A DNA stretch of 64,000 nucleotides from Desulfobulbaceae bacterium (GTDB lineage: Bacteria > Desulfobacterota > Desulfobulbia > Desulfobulbales > SURF-16), in contig JALNXE010000002.1 of NCBI GenBank assembly GCA_023230525.1, positions 8,159 to 72,158 of the forward strand, written 5' to 3'. The notes beneath the pieces are model-generated. The model was given only the letters and a program-made list of their open reading frames with translations, was not told the DNA's origin and searched no databases. This document shows positions 36,385-44,801 of the stretch, piece after piece (positions within the stretch are counted from its first letter, which is position 1; each line of letters begins with the position of its first letter). The position numbers and the translations under genes were made by a program.

Positions 36385-37860
36385 TCATTGTGTCTTTTCG
36401 ATATTCATAAAAAATGCTGCGGGAAAACGATCAGGGAAATGTTTCCTTCTTTTATATGAGGCTGCCAGAGTGGCTGCACCGACTGTCACTGCCGCTGCCC
36501 CGACGAATAATCCGTGTCCTGCAGCTATCAAAGGACCTGCAGCTAATAAACCAGCACCGGCCTCCTGGCCGAGAATTTTTAGTAGGTCTTGGTCTATTTT
36601 GTCCCATTCTTCTTTTGCTATGGAAACTTCATCTCTTAATTCCTCTGCAAACAATCTGGCATTAGTTTCGTCAAATGGCTCCTCAGTGCGTGCTTGTTTC
36701 CAGACCTTTAACAGAAAACTTCGAAGTGACTCCAAACGCCCTTCAGTTCTCAACCGTAATGCGTGCTCCAACTGGAGATTGTTGAGAAATTTGAGAGGGG
36801 ATTCCTGGAATGCTTTGGCAAAAGGGGACCAAACGCGACTCTCCGCATTGTTTTTAGATCGGTCAATTTCTATTTCTTTCCATTTGCTATAAATATCTGT
36901 CACGAGATATGATTTTGTAATGCTTGCTGTCAATTGGGCAATGTCATAACTGGTTCCTGAAAACATCATATGCAACTGCCCATCTGCCCCAGGCCCTATA
37001 GGTTCCAAAAAGTTTGGGTCTCTTTCCCGTTGTTTATTTACATATTTTATAAAATCTTTGGCTGTATATCCGTCTTTCTCCAACCCCAGCTTTTTTATCA
37101 AACTTTCGATATATGAATTAGGTGCACTTAATAGCAGATCGTTTTGCAATTGCTTTTCCATATGTCGTTTTTTCAATTCCTCGACAGAGCGTTCGGAAGC
37201 AGCTTTAAGTTCAGCCGTCTCTTCAAACTTTTTCCACTGCCTTTGCATTGATTCCCAATTCAATCGATGATCAAAGTCAGCAGGTGTGCGAATAACTTCT
37301 ATAAGCCCAGAATCAATCCAAGGAAGCAGTGACAGCCAGAAGTTGACATTTTTTAAGGTTTGGCTCCTATATTGCGCAGGCTCAATAATGGGATTGTATT
37401 CATCCCTGACACTGCCGGGATATATAAATGGATCAACAATAAGAATTTTATTGGCATAAATAGAATGTCTAACGATGCCTCGAGAGATATATTCAATGTC
37501 GTAATCTCCTATATACAACCCGGAGACATCTTCAGATGTTGATTGAAGGATGTTCGTGATATCTGAATTTGGTGCCCAAACTTCGAAAATTGCTTCATGA
37601 ATTTCACGGACTGCCTTCTCCGTAAACCCTTTTTTATAATCAGAGAGATTTTTAACTTTACGAGAGTCTAATTGTAAAATCTCTGCGATTCTATTAACAA
37701 AATGTAAATTTCTACCTCGAATTGATAAGTAAGGCCTCCAATCTTTCCCTGAACGAAAAATTTCATTCCAATCTACCTTGCTATAACAGCACTGTTTAAA
37801 TTTTTTTCCGGTGCCACAAGGACAAAGGTCATTTCGGCCAATTTTTCTATTTTTTACCAT
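36385..37860 (-). CDS. SEC-C motif protein of unknown function with C-terminal Gly/Ala-rich TM segment, on a low-GC islet
   Basis: 491-aa ORF. N-terminal 'GRNDLCPCGTGKKFKQCC' (SEC-C metal-binding motif). C-terminal 'GAGLLAAGPLIAAGHGLFVGAAAVTVGAATLAASY'. Markedly AT-rich compared with its flanks. Confidence 0.7.
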   Translation of the reverse strand: MVKNRKIGRNDLCPCGTGKKFKQCCYSKVDWNEIFRSGKDWRPYLSIRGRNLHFVNRIAEILQLDSRKVKNLSDYKKGFTEKAVREIHEAIFEVWAPNSDITNILQSTSEDVSGLYIGDYDIEYISRGIVRHSIYANKILIVDPFIYPGSVRDEYNPIIEPAQYRSQTLKNVNFWLSLLPWIDSGLIEVIRTPADFDHRLNWESMQRQWKKFEETAELKAASERSVEELKKRHMEKQLQNDLLLSAPNSYIESLIKKLGLEKDGYTAKDFIKYVNKQRERDPNFLEPIGPGADGQLHMMFSGTSYDIAQLTASITKSYLVTDIYSKWKEIEIDRSKNNAESRVWSPFAKAFQESPLKFLNNLQLEHALRLRTEGRLESLRSFLLKVWKQARTEEPFDETNARLFAEELRDEVSIAKEEWDKIDQDLLKILGQEAGAGLLAAGPLIAAGHGLFVGAAAVTVGAATLAASYKRRKHFPDRFPAAFFMNIEKTQ

Positions 37861-38098
37861 AATATTTCAAATGCTTAACAAGTTAATATCAAGTTTATTA
37901 ATATCTACCCCAACCTGACATTCTTGACAACGAAATAGCGGGCAACCTACTCAATACTAACCTGATATCATTCAACAGGGAGTGATAAGCGTAAACTTGT
38001 TCCGGCAAGGCATCTCAGGCAACGCATCCCTGCACCACATGATTTGTCAAAGGGGATTCCCACACAACCAGCGTAACTCCCCTTTGTGCCAATGAATT

Positions 38099-38434
38099 TC
38101 AACTTCCCTGGAAATACTCCTCCAGCTTGGCAAATACCTCGTGTTCAGCCGGGTGGGAGACGACGGTACGGACATCTTCCAGTTTTTCCAGTTGTTTGAC
38201 AATCTGGTCGAGCTGGCTGGTGCCGGCAATCTGTATCCAGATGCGGCTCAACTTGCCGTCACCGATGGGCATGCACAAAATACCCTCCATGTTGAAGGCC
38301 CGGCGGGAAAACAGGCCACAGATATGGGACATGACGCCAGGGTGATTATTGACGGTCAACTCCAGCACCTTCTGCCCGGCGGCAGCGGACGGCTGGCAGG
38401 GATATGACTCTTTAAGCGTTTGCATGATTTTCAC
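38099..38434 (-). CDS. ilvN: Acetolactate synthase small (regulatory, ACT-domain) subunit, IlvN type
   Basis: 111-aa ORF. 'LELTVNNHPGVMSHICGLFSRRAFNMEGILCMP' closely parallels E. coli IlvN '[33 protein letters not shown]'. Confidence 0.85.
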   Translation of the reverse strand: MKIMQTLKESYPCQPSAAAGQKVLELTVNNHPGVMSHICGLFSRRAFNMEGILCMPIGDGKLSRIWIQIAGTSQLDQIVKQLEKLEDVRTVVSHPAEHEVFAKLEEYFQGS

Positions 38435-40097
38435 CTCCTATCATCTCTTTGTTGGCGGCCCCCGGCGGCACCATGGGGTAGACCTCTTCATTTCTGCCGA
38501 TGGGGACGTGAACCAGGCACGGCCCTCGTGTCTGCATGGCCTCGGTCAGGGTGGCGACGGGATCATCGCTTGCACCAAGGGCAAAGGCCTGCATGCCGAA
38601 TCCCCTGGCAATGGTGACGAAATCAACATGATGTTGGTATTCGGAAGCAAAGTACTGTTTGCCGAAAAACAGGTTCTGCTGCTGCCGGACCAGGCCCAGG
38701 GACGTGTTATCCAGAACAAAAATTTTGACGTTCGCCCGCTGTTCAACCGCAGTGGCAAGCTCCTGGATATTCATCAGGATGCTGCCGTCACCGCTGAAAC
38801 AGACGACAGTTCTTTGGGGATGGGCCAAAGAGGCGCCGATTGCGGCAGGCAGACCAAATCCCATGGTGCCGAGCCCGCCGGAGGTCAAAAGCTGCCGCGG
38901 CCGGCAAAAGGGGTATGTCTGGGCAACCCACATCTGATGCTTGCCGACATCGGTGGCGATAAGCGTCTCATGGTCGGCCAGGGCGGCTATCTGTCTGATC
39001 AGTCCATAAGGCATGCGGGGATCGTCAGCTCCCTCTATGATAAAGGAATTTTCCTTTTTCAGGAAGGCCATTCTGTTCAGCCAGTCCTGCCGGCTTTTTG
39101 ACTCGACCTGGGGCAGCAGTTCCGCAAGGACACTGCCTGCATCGCCGACCAGTTGCAGATGGGCTGTCCGCAGCTTGTTGATTTCGCCGGGATCGATATC
39201 GATATGGATAATCTTGGCCCCGGGGCAGAACTCGGCAATCTTGCCAGTGGCCCGATCATCAAAGCGGGCACCGGCAACCAGCAGCAGATCACATTCCTCC
39301 ATGGCCAGATTGGTGTAACGGGCTGCATGCATTCCCAGCATTCCCAGGGCCAGAGGATGCTCCGTCGGCATACTGCCGAGACCGAGCAGGGTCATGGTGG
39401 TGGGCAGGTTGTTTTTTTCCGCCAGACGGATTGCCGCATCATGGGCATTGCCGTGCCTGATGCCGCCGCCCAGAAAGAGTATGGGCCGCTCCGCCGCATT
39501 GATCATGGCTGCGGCCTGCTCGATATCCTGCTTCCTATACTGTTTGACACATTCTCTTTGCGGCATTGCCGGCCAGTCTGCAAACTCAACCATTTCCAAC
39601 TGGACATCCTTCGGGATATCGATCAGCACCGGCCCTGGCCGACCTTCGCTGGCAATGCGAAATGCGGCCGGGATGACCTCCAGCAGCTCCCTGGCGGAAC
39701 GAACCAGAAAATTATGTTTGGTGATGGGGATACTCATGCCGTAGGTGTCGATTTCCTGAAAGGCGTCCGTGCCGATCAATGATTGCGGCACCTGGCCGGT
39801 AATGCAGATAATCGGGATTGAGTCCAGTTTCGCATCGGCAAGGGCAGTCATCACATTGGTTGCGCCGGGACCTGATGTGGCAAAACAAACTGCCGGTCTG
39901 CCGCTTGAACGGGCCATGCCCTGGGCAATGAAGCCGGCTCCCTGTTCATGCCGGGCCAGGACATGGCGGATAGTGGTACTGTGCGATAGGGCGTCATACA
40001 GGGGCAGGTTGGAACCGCCCGGTATGCCAGCAATGATGCCGACGCCGAAACGTTCCAGCAGTTTGATGGTAAGCTGTGCCCCATTCATTTTGTTCAT
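38412..40097 (-). CDS. ilvB: Acetolactate synthase large (catalytic, ThDP/FAD) subunit
   Basis: Start at 'MNKMNGAQLTIKLLERFGV' (GGAGG RBS; track ORF extends to 40136). ThDP motif 'GGLGTMGFGLPAAIGA...GDGS...N'. Confidence 0.9.
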   Translation of the reverse strand: MNKMNGAQLTIKLLERFGVGIIAGIPGGSNLPLYDALSHSTTIRHVLARHEQGAGFIAQGMARSSGRPAVCFATSGPGATNVMTALADAKLDSIPIICITGQVPQSLIGTDAFQEIDTYGMSIPITKHNFLVRSARELLEVIPAAFRIASEGRPGPVLIDIPKDVQLEMVEFADWPAMPQRECVKQYRKQDIEQAAAMINAAERPILFLGGGIRHGNAHDAAIRLAEKNNLPTTMTLLGLGSMPTEHPLALGMLGMHAARYTNLAMEECDLLLVAGARFDDRATGKIAEFCPGAKIIHIDIDPGEINKLRTAHLQLVGDAGSVLAELLPQVESKSRQDWLNRMAFLKKENSFIIEGADDPRMPYGLIRQIAALADHETLIATDVGKHQMWVAQTYPFCRPRQLLTSGGLGTMGFGLPAAIGASLAHPQRTVVCFSGDGSILMNIQELATAVEQRANVKIFVLDNTSLGLVRQQQNLFFGKQYFASEYQHHVDFVTIARGFGMQAFALGASDDPVATLTEAMQTRGPCLVHVPIGRNEEVYPMVPPGAANKEMIGGENHANA

Positions 40098-40134
40098 TGT
40101 AACATTCCTCCTGTGGTGGTGAGTTGGTAAGCCC

Positions 40135-40173
40135 AAAAAACAAAACCCCCGCCGGCTTCTGCGCCGACGGGGG
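40135..40173 (-). terminator. Rho-independent terminator (attenuator) between the leader peptide and ilvB
   Basis: On the minus strand: CCCCCGTCGGCGC-loop-GCCGGCGGGGG (10 bp plus 1 mismatch) followed by TTTTGTTTTTT, about 38 nt upstream of the ilvB ATG. Confidence 0.7.
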
Positions 40174-40205
40174 TTTTGTAAAAATTTATTTTTAGCTGAT
40201 TCCCG

Positions 40206-40310
40206 CTAAGGCGCTCCTCCTTGCATGTTACGCACCACCACCACCACGACGCTTACAAAAGCGACATGAACGAGAGTAGTAATGGTCATCGGAGAAGCGG
40301 TAATTTTCAT
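40206..40310 (-). CDS. ilvBN leader peptide (ivbL-like), 34 aa, Val-rich
   Basis: Hand translation MKITASPMTITTLVHVAFVSVVVVVVRNMQGGAP with an AGGA RBS. Resembles E. coli IvbL (…AAVVVVRVVVVVGNAP). Lies immediately upstream of the terminator. Confidence 0.65.
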   Translation of the reverse strand: MKITASPMTITTLVHVAFVSVVVVVVRNMQGGAP

Positions 40311-40497
40311 CAAAATTTTCCTAAAACAAGTGAATCATAAAAAAGAGCATGTCGTATTTCAAAGATTGTGTCAATAGAGAAGTCAAAGGTGGAGAGTATC
40401 CACAATAATGCCAGAGTCCCCATTATTACCCGAGATGGAGACGGTAAGCACTTCTCTAGCTTTGGTGAGAAGACACCCCAACCCAACCAACCGCTGA

Positions 40498-41631
40498 TTA
40501 GAGGCGGGTTCTGAGGCTGCCGCTCCGGTTTTTCTTCCGCATCCCGGCCAGGCCGAAAACAACAAGGCAGAGAACAAAACCAATCCCGACCCCGATAAAT
40601 ATTTTGCTCCAGCCGGGGTCGCCTGCCTTTGCCAAAGGAGCAGCAACCGGTTCCGGTTGGGGGGCGGTTGCGGGTGCTGTTGCTGCGTCAGGAGCAGGCG
40701 GCGCCGAAGCGTTGATGACAGCGGCAGGTGCGGTCTGCAGCGGCTGCGCGGCCACAGGCAGCGGTGCAGCGGCAGCCTGGGGTGGTTGCAGTTGCGGCGG
40801 TACAAGGATGAAGCCCTTGGCCAGCAGTTCAGCGGCCTTGGCATCGCGCACCTTGCGGTCCTTGCTGCCCATGACCAGGGCGATAATCCGCACCCCGGCT
40901 CTTTTGGCAGTGGCGGCGATGGAAAATCCGGCCGCATCGTAATAACCGGTTTTGAAACCGTCACAACCGGGAACCCTGGTCAGCAGTTTGTTGTGGTTGC
41001 GCATAATGAATTTATCATCGCGGAATCCCCTGGTCTGGGTGCCGGTGTATTTCAAGGCTTCAGGCCGTTTCGCCAGCTCGCGGCAGAGAATGGCGAGATC
41101 CCGGGCCGTGGTGACATCGGGCTGCTGTCCTGCCGAGGGCGGCAGGCCATGCACGGAGTAAAAATGGGAGTTTTTCATCCCCAATTCCTGGGCCTTCTGG
41201 TTCATCAGGGCGATGAATCCCTCCTTGGAACCGGCGATATGGGTAGCCAGGGCAACCGCGGCATCGTTGGCTGACTGCACCATCAAGGCGTAGATGAGGT
41301 CTTCCACGGAAAATTGTTCCTTGGGATCAAGATAGACCTGCGACCCGCCGGTTTTGGCGGCTTCCGCGGTCACCTGCACCATCTCGTCCAGTTTCAGCGC
41401 CCCTTGGGCGACACGGTCGAGGATGACATAGAGATTCATCAGCTTGAGGACGCTGGCCGGATATACCTGGGCGTCGGCATTTTCTTCAAACAGGGTTTTG
41501 CCGCTATCCGCATCGATCACCAGGGCGGAAACATAAGGATCCCTGGAGAGAACGTGTAAGGGAGTGCGGGCAGCCATGGCAACAGGTGCGAGCAAAACCA
41601 GGAAAAGCACACAAAGGGTAAGACGTTTCAT
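40498..41631 (-). CDS. D-alanyl-D-alanine carboxypeptidase (PBP5/6-type, peptidase S11) with Pro/Ala-rich linker and C-terminal anchor
   Basis: Start at 'MKRLTLCVLFLVLLAPVAMA'. SXXK 'ASVLK', SXN 'SAND', KTG 'FKTGY'. C-terminal 'PPQLQPPQAAAAPLP...' followed by a TM segment. Confidence 0.85.
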   Translation of the reverse strand: MKRLTLCVLFLVLLAPVAMAARTPLHVLSRDPYVSALVIDADSGKTLFEENADAQVYPASVLKLMNLYVILDRVAQGALKLDEMVQVTAEAAKTGGSQVYLDPKEQFSVEDLIYALMVQSANDAAVALATHIAGSKEGFIALMNQKAQELGMKNSHFYSVHGLPPSAGQQPDVTTARDLAILCRELAKRPEALKYTGTQTRGFRDDKFIMRNHNKLLTRVPGCDGFKTGYYDAAGFSIAATAKRAGVRIIALVMGSKDRKVRDAKAAELLAKGFILVPPQLQPPQAAAAPLPVAAQPLQTAPAAVINASAPPAPDAATAPATAPQPEPVAAPLAKAGDPGWSKIFIGVGIGFVLCLVVFGLAGMRKKNRSGSLRTRL

Positions 41632-41989
41632 ATTTTTTACAAAGCTCCTTAAAAGTCCATTTTCACCACAGAGCACATGGAGATCACAGAGAAATATATT
41701 TTATTGCGGTTGGCCGGCTCAGTGAGCCCGGTGCTCTCTGTGGTAAATTTTCAGTTTTTTCTGGATAATCATCTTTAAGTTACTTGGAAGATTGATCGGT
41801 GAAAAAGAGGGGGAATCGCCAAAAAATCTAACCAGAAGAGGAAGCATCATGAAAGCGGAGTCAGCCTACTGCAAATGAGAGAAATTTTCAATAGGATACG
41901 TGAGCATCCCGGAAAAGCTTTAGGGGATGCGCCGCGTTGCAGTTCAGGAGAATGGGGGAGTATCTTGCCGGTCCTGAAGCCGCGGTAAC

Positions 41990-42024
41990 AAAAAAATGCC
42001 GTCACCCGGATGGGCAAACGGCAT
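41990..42024 (-). terminator. Rho-independent terminator candidate downstream of fliD
   Basis: On the minus strand: ATGCCGT-loop-ACGGCAT (7 bp) followed by a T7 run. About 150 nt after the fliD stop. Confidence 0.5.
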
Positions 42025-42027
42025 GAA

Positions 42028-42080
42028 GAGCTGTAACGAAAATATTCAAGAAGGCAGAGGCGGTTATTTCGTAACGGCTC
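42028..42080. repeat. Hairpin repeat, family 2 (GAGCYGTAACGAAA ... TTTCGTAACGGCTC), copy 1
   Basis: 14-nt arms with a conserved central A-A mismatch and a ~25-nt loop. The upstream context AAACGGCATGAAG is also shared with the copy at 54251. Confidence 0.55.
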
Positions 42081-42174
42081 CCGGGAAAGTAAAACCGGCC
42101 CGTTTGCCGGCGTGAGCCGGGCGAGGGGTCAGGGCCACGGCTCTTTTTTTCAAGAGGTTTTTTCTCCAGCCGTT

Positions 42175-43557
42175 TCAGTCGGAGGAGCCGGTGATGGCGG
42201 CAAAGGTCTGGGTGAGATAGTCGGACATGCTGGTCATCTCGCTCAGGTAGGAGTCCAGTTCGACGTACTGTTTGGTCAGTATCTCGTATTTTTTATCCAG
42301 CCGCTCCGTGTCCTTTTCGATCTGCTCTTCCAGGCTGTCAATGCGCTGCTGCACCAGCGAGGTTTCCGAGGCATAGATACCGCTGTCCTCGGTGGCGGCA
42401 TTGCGCAGGAAATCGCTCACCTTGTCGGCAAAGCCTGTGATGTCCGAGTCGTCGTCGCCGTTGAAGAAGGCGGCGAGATCAGCAAAGTTTTCTTCCAGCA
42501 TGGTGGTCAGGGTGTCATCATCGATGGTGATGGTCCCGTCCGATTCATAGGAGAGCCCCAAGTCGAAAATGGAGGTCACCGGGCTGTCCGAGCCGGCCTG
42601 GATAAAGGTGTTCATCAGGTTTTGCATGCTGGAGGGCAGATCGTCAAAACCGGTGGAGGCGAGAATGCCGAGTTCCTCGGTGTCGGTGTCATAACCGCTG
42701 TTTGCTGAAATTTCCGTGAGGATGTCATTATAGGCGGTCACCAGATTGGTGATTAACTCCTTGATCTTCTCCTCATCGTTGCTGACCGAAATGGTGCTGG
42801 CGCCGGTACCCTGCAGGGTGAACTGCACGGAGGGGATGATGTCCGTGATGGTGTTGCTTTGGCGCTGGTAGTCGATGCCGTCCACGGAAAATCGGGCATT
42901 GAGGCTGGCACCGTCCGCACCCGTCTTTTCCGTCAGGGCCAGCGCGGAAAGCTGGGTGAGCAGTGAGATCCTGTTGTCCTCGCCGGTCTCATCGGCCTGC
43001 AGGACCAGCTGGTAGGGATTGTCCGCATCGCCGTTGTTGACCAGGCTTGCGGTGACGCCGGGGTTGCTTGCGTCGTTGTTGATCAGCTCGGCCAACTCCA
43101 TAAGGGTGGTGCCGCCGGCCACCGCAAGCGTCACCGTGGTCTCGCCCAGCTGGTAGGAGAAGGTGGTGCTCTCGTCGCTTTCGGCATCATACACCACGGT
43201 GGTCTGGCCGGCCACGCCGTCCGCGATCCACGAACTCCTGGCGGCCAGGGCCGTTACGGTAACCTGCGTGTCCTGCACCGCTGCCCCGTCGCTTGTGGCC
43301 AGGGTCAGCACGCTTGCATCGGACACCGTGGCGTCGCGGGAAATAAAGGTGCTTTCCAGGGAGAGTTCCAGGGCATATCCTTTCATGTCGAGCAGTTTGC
43401 CCTGAACCACGGTGAATTCGCTGAGCTGGGTTTCATAGGCGCTGACCTTAGCTTCCTTGGCGGTAATGACCTCCTGATCGATCTCCCGCAGCGAATCAAG
43501 GGTGCCCTGCAGATCAATACTGGAACCAAGTCCCAGCGATGAAATTGTTCCTGACAT
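42175..43557 (-). CDS. fliD: Flagellar filament capping protein
   Basis: 460-aa ORF. N-terminus 'MSGTISSLGLGSSIDLQGTLDSL...'. C-terminal coiled region 'LVQQRIDSLEEQIEKDTERLDKKYEILTKQYVELDSYLSEM'. Confidence 0.85.
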   Translation of the reverse strand: MSGTISSLGLGSSIDLQGTLDSLREIDQEVITAKEAKVSAYETQLSEFTVVQGKLLDMKGYALELSLESTFISRDATVSDASVLTLATSDGAAVQDTQVTVTALAARSSWIADGVAGQTTVVYDAESDESTTFSYQLGETTVTLAVAGGTTLMELAELINNDASNPGVTASLVNNGDADNPYQLVLQADETGEDNRISLLTQLSALALTEKTGADGASLNARFSVDGIDYQRQSNTITDIIPSVQFTLQGTGASTISVSNDEEKIKELITNLVTAYNDILTEISANSGYDTDTEELGILASTGFDDLPSSMQNLMNTFIQAGSDSPVTSIFDLGLSYESDGTITIDDDTLTTMLEENFADLAAFFNGDDDSDITGFADKVSDFLRNAATEDSGIYASETSLVQQRIDSLEEQIEKDTERLDKKYEILTKQYVELDSYLSEMTSMSDYLTQTFAAITGSSD

Positions 43558-44001
43558 TTCCGTCCTCCTTCTGGGTCATGTGTTGCTGCCGGCGAGTCAT
43601 TAAAGAACCCGGCTCCCGGCGTCGGAGCGGGCCAGGCCCGCGACCCCTGGCATTGGGGAAAGAGATTATCCCGGATAACCGCTCCCGTTGGCTTGTAAGT
43701 CGCGGCGGAAGAGGGGACCGGTTACAGGAAAAAATCGGCACCGGTGTAACCGTGGGGGGGAGCTGGGCCGACCTGACGGGGCATGGGGAGCGGGAAATGC
43801 CCGGCAATCCCTGGATTGTAAAGTTTTGTAAACAGGGGAGCGGCAGTTTTAACATAACTTAACATGAGTTTTGCGGGCAATGGGCCGATGATGAAATGTA
43901 ACCGCCGGCAAGTCCGAAACAAGGGTGGAGGACGGATGGGCCGGTAATTGCCATACCCTGACGAAAATCACCGGCAGGTACACCAAAGGAGGAGGTAGAA
44001 C

Positions 44002-44715
44002 ATGAGCACAATCAGCAGTCTGGGGAGTTCCATGGGTACGATGATGAATGCCATGGCCATGCAGCGCCCCGACAAACAGCAGATGTTCGGCAAGGTTGAT
44101 ACGGACGGCAGCGGCGCGGTGGATCAGACCGAGTTGGCATCCTTTGCCGAGGGGCTTTCCGAGCAGACCGGCATTGAGATCAACGCCGAGGAGGCGCTGT
44201 CCGCCTATGATGCGGATGGGGATGGCGCTTTGTCCCAGCAGGAAATGGAGGCGATGATGGGGGCCTATATGCCGCCCCCGCCGATCATGCCCGCCGCGGG
44301 GGAAGAATCCGGCGACACGGCGATGAATCCCGGCTCAATGCCGCCCCCGCCGGATAAAGAGGAGATGTTTAACAGCATTGATGCGGATGGCAGCGGCACC
44401 ATTGATGAGAGCGAGCTGGCCTCCTTTGTTGACCAGCTCGCCGAGGATACGGGCATTGAGCTCAACGCGGAAGACGCTCTCTCCACTTACGACACGGATG
44501 GGGATGGCGCTTTATCCCAGGAGGAAATGGATACCATGATGACCGCCAGCATGCCATCGCCCCCGCCGCCTCCACCATCCCAGGTCATAGCCGCCTATAA
44601 CCAGAACAGCGGCGGCAGCGACAGCGAGACGATTTCCCAGTTGCTGTCTCTGCTCGGCGATTCCGGGGAGGAGGAGCAAAGCTCCTCGTATATGCCGTTA
44701 AATATTACGGCATAG
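44002..44715 (+). CDS. EF-hand calcium-binding protein, internally duplicated (4 EF loops)
   Basis: 237-aa ORF. Loops 'DTDGSGAVDQTE', 'DADGDGALSQQE', 'DADGSGTIDESE' and 'DTDGDGALSQEE'. Pro-rich linkers. AGGAGG RBS. Confidence 0.8.
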   Translation: MSTISSLGSSMGTMMNAMAMQRPDKQQMFGKVDTDGSGAVDQTELASFAEGLSEQTGIEINAEEALSAYDADGDGALSQQEMEAMMGAYMPPPPIMPAAGEESGDTAMNPGSMPPPPDKEEMFNSIDADGSGTIDESELASFVDQLAEDTGIELNAEDALSTYDTDGDGALSQEEMDTMMTASMPSPPPPPPSQVIAAYNQNSGGSDSETISQLLSLLGDSGEEEQSSSYMPLNITA

Positions 44716-44801
44716 GGGGAAAAACTGGCCAGACGGGACAGGATGGCCGCCTATCAGCAGGCGGTCTTCCTGTTTGGTGATTTCCGCAAAAAATTGCCCG
44801 G

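Noticed and set aside
43884-43891. Sigma-28-like -10 element GCCGATGA upstream of the EF-hand gene.
   Set aside because: There is no TAAA-type -35 element at the required ~15-nt spacing. A single half-site is not sufficient.
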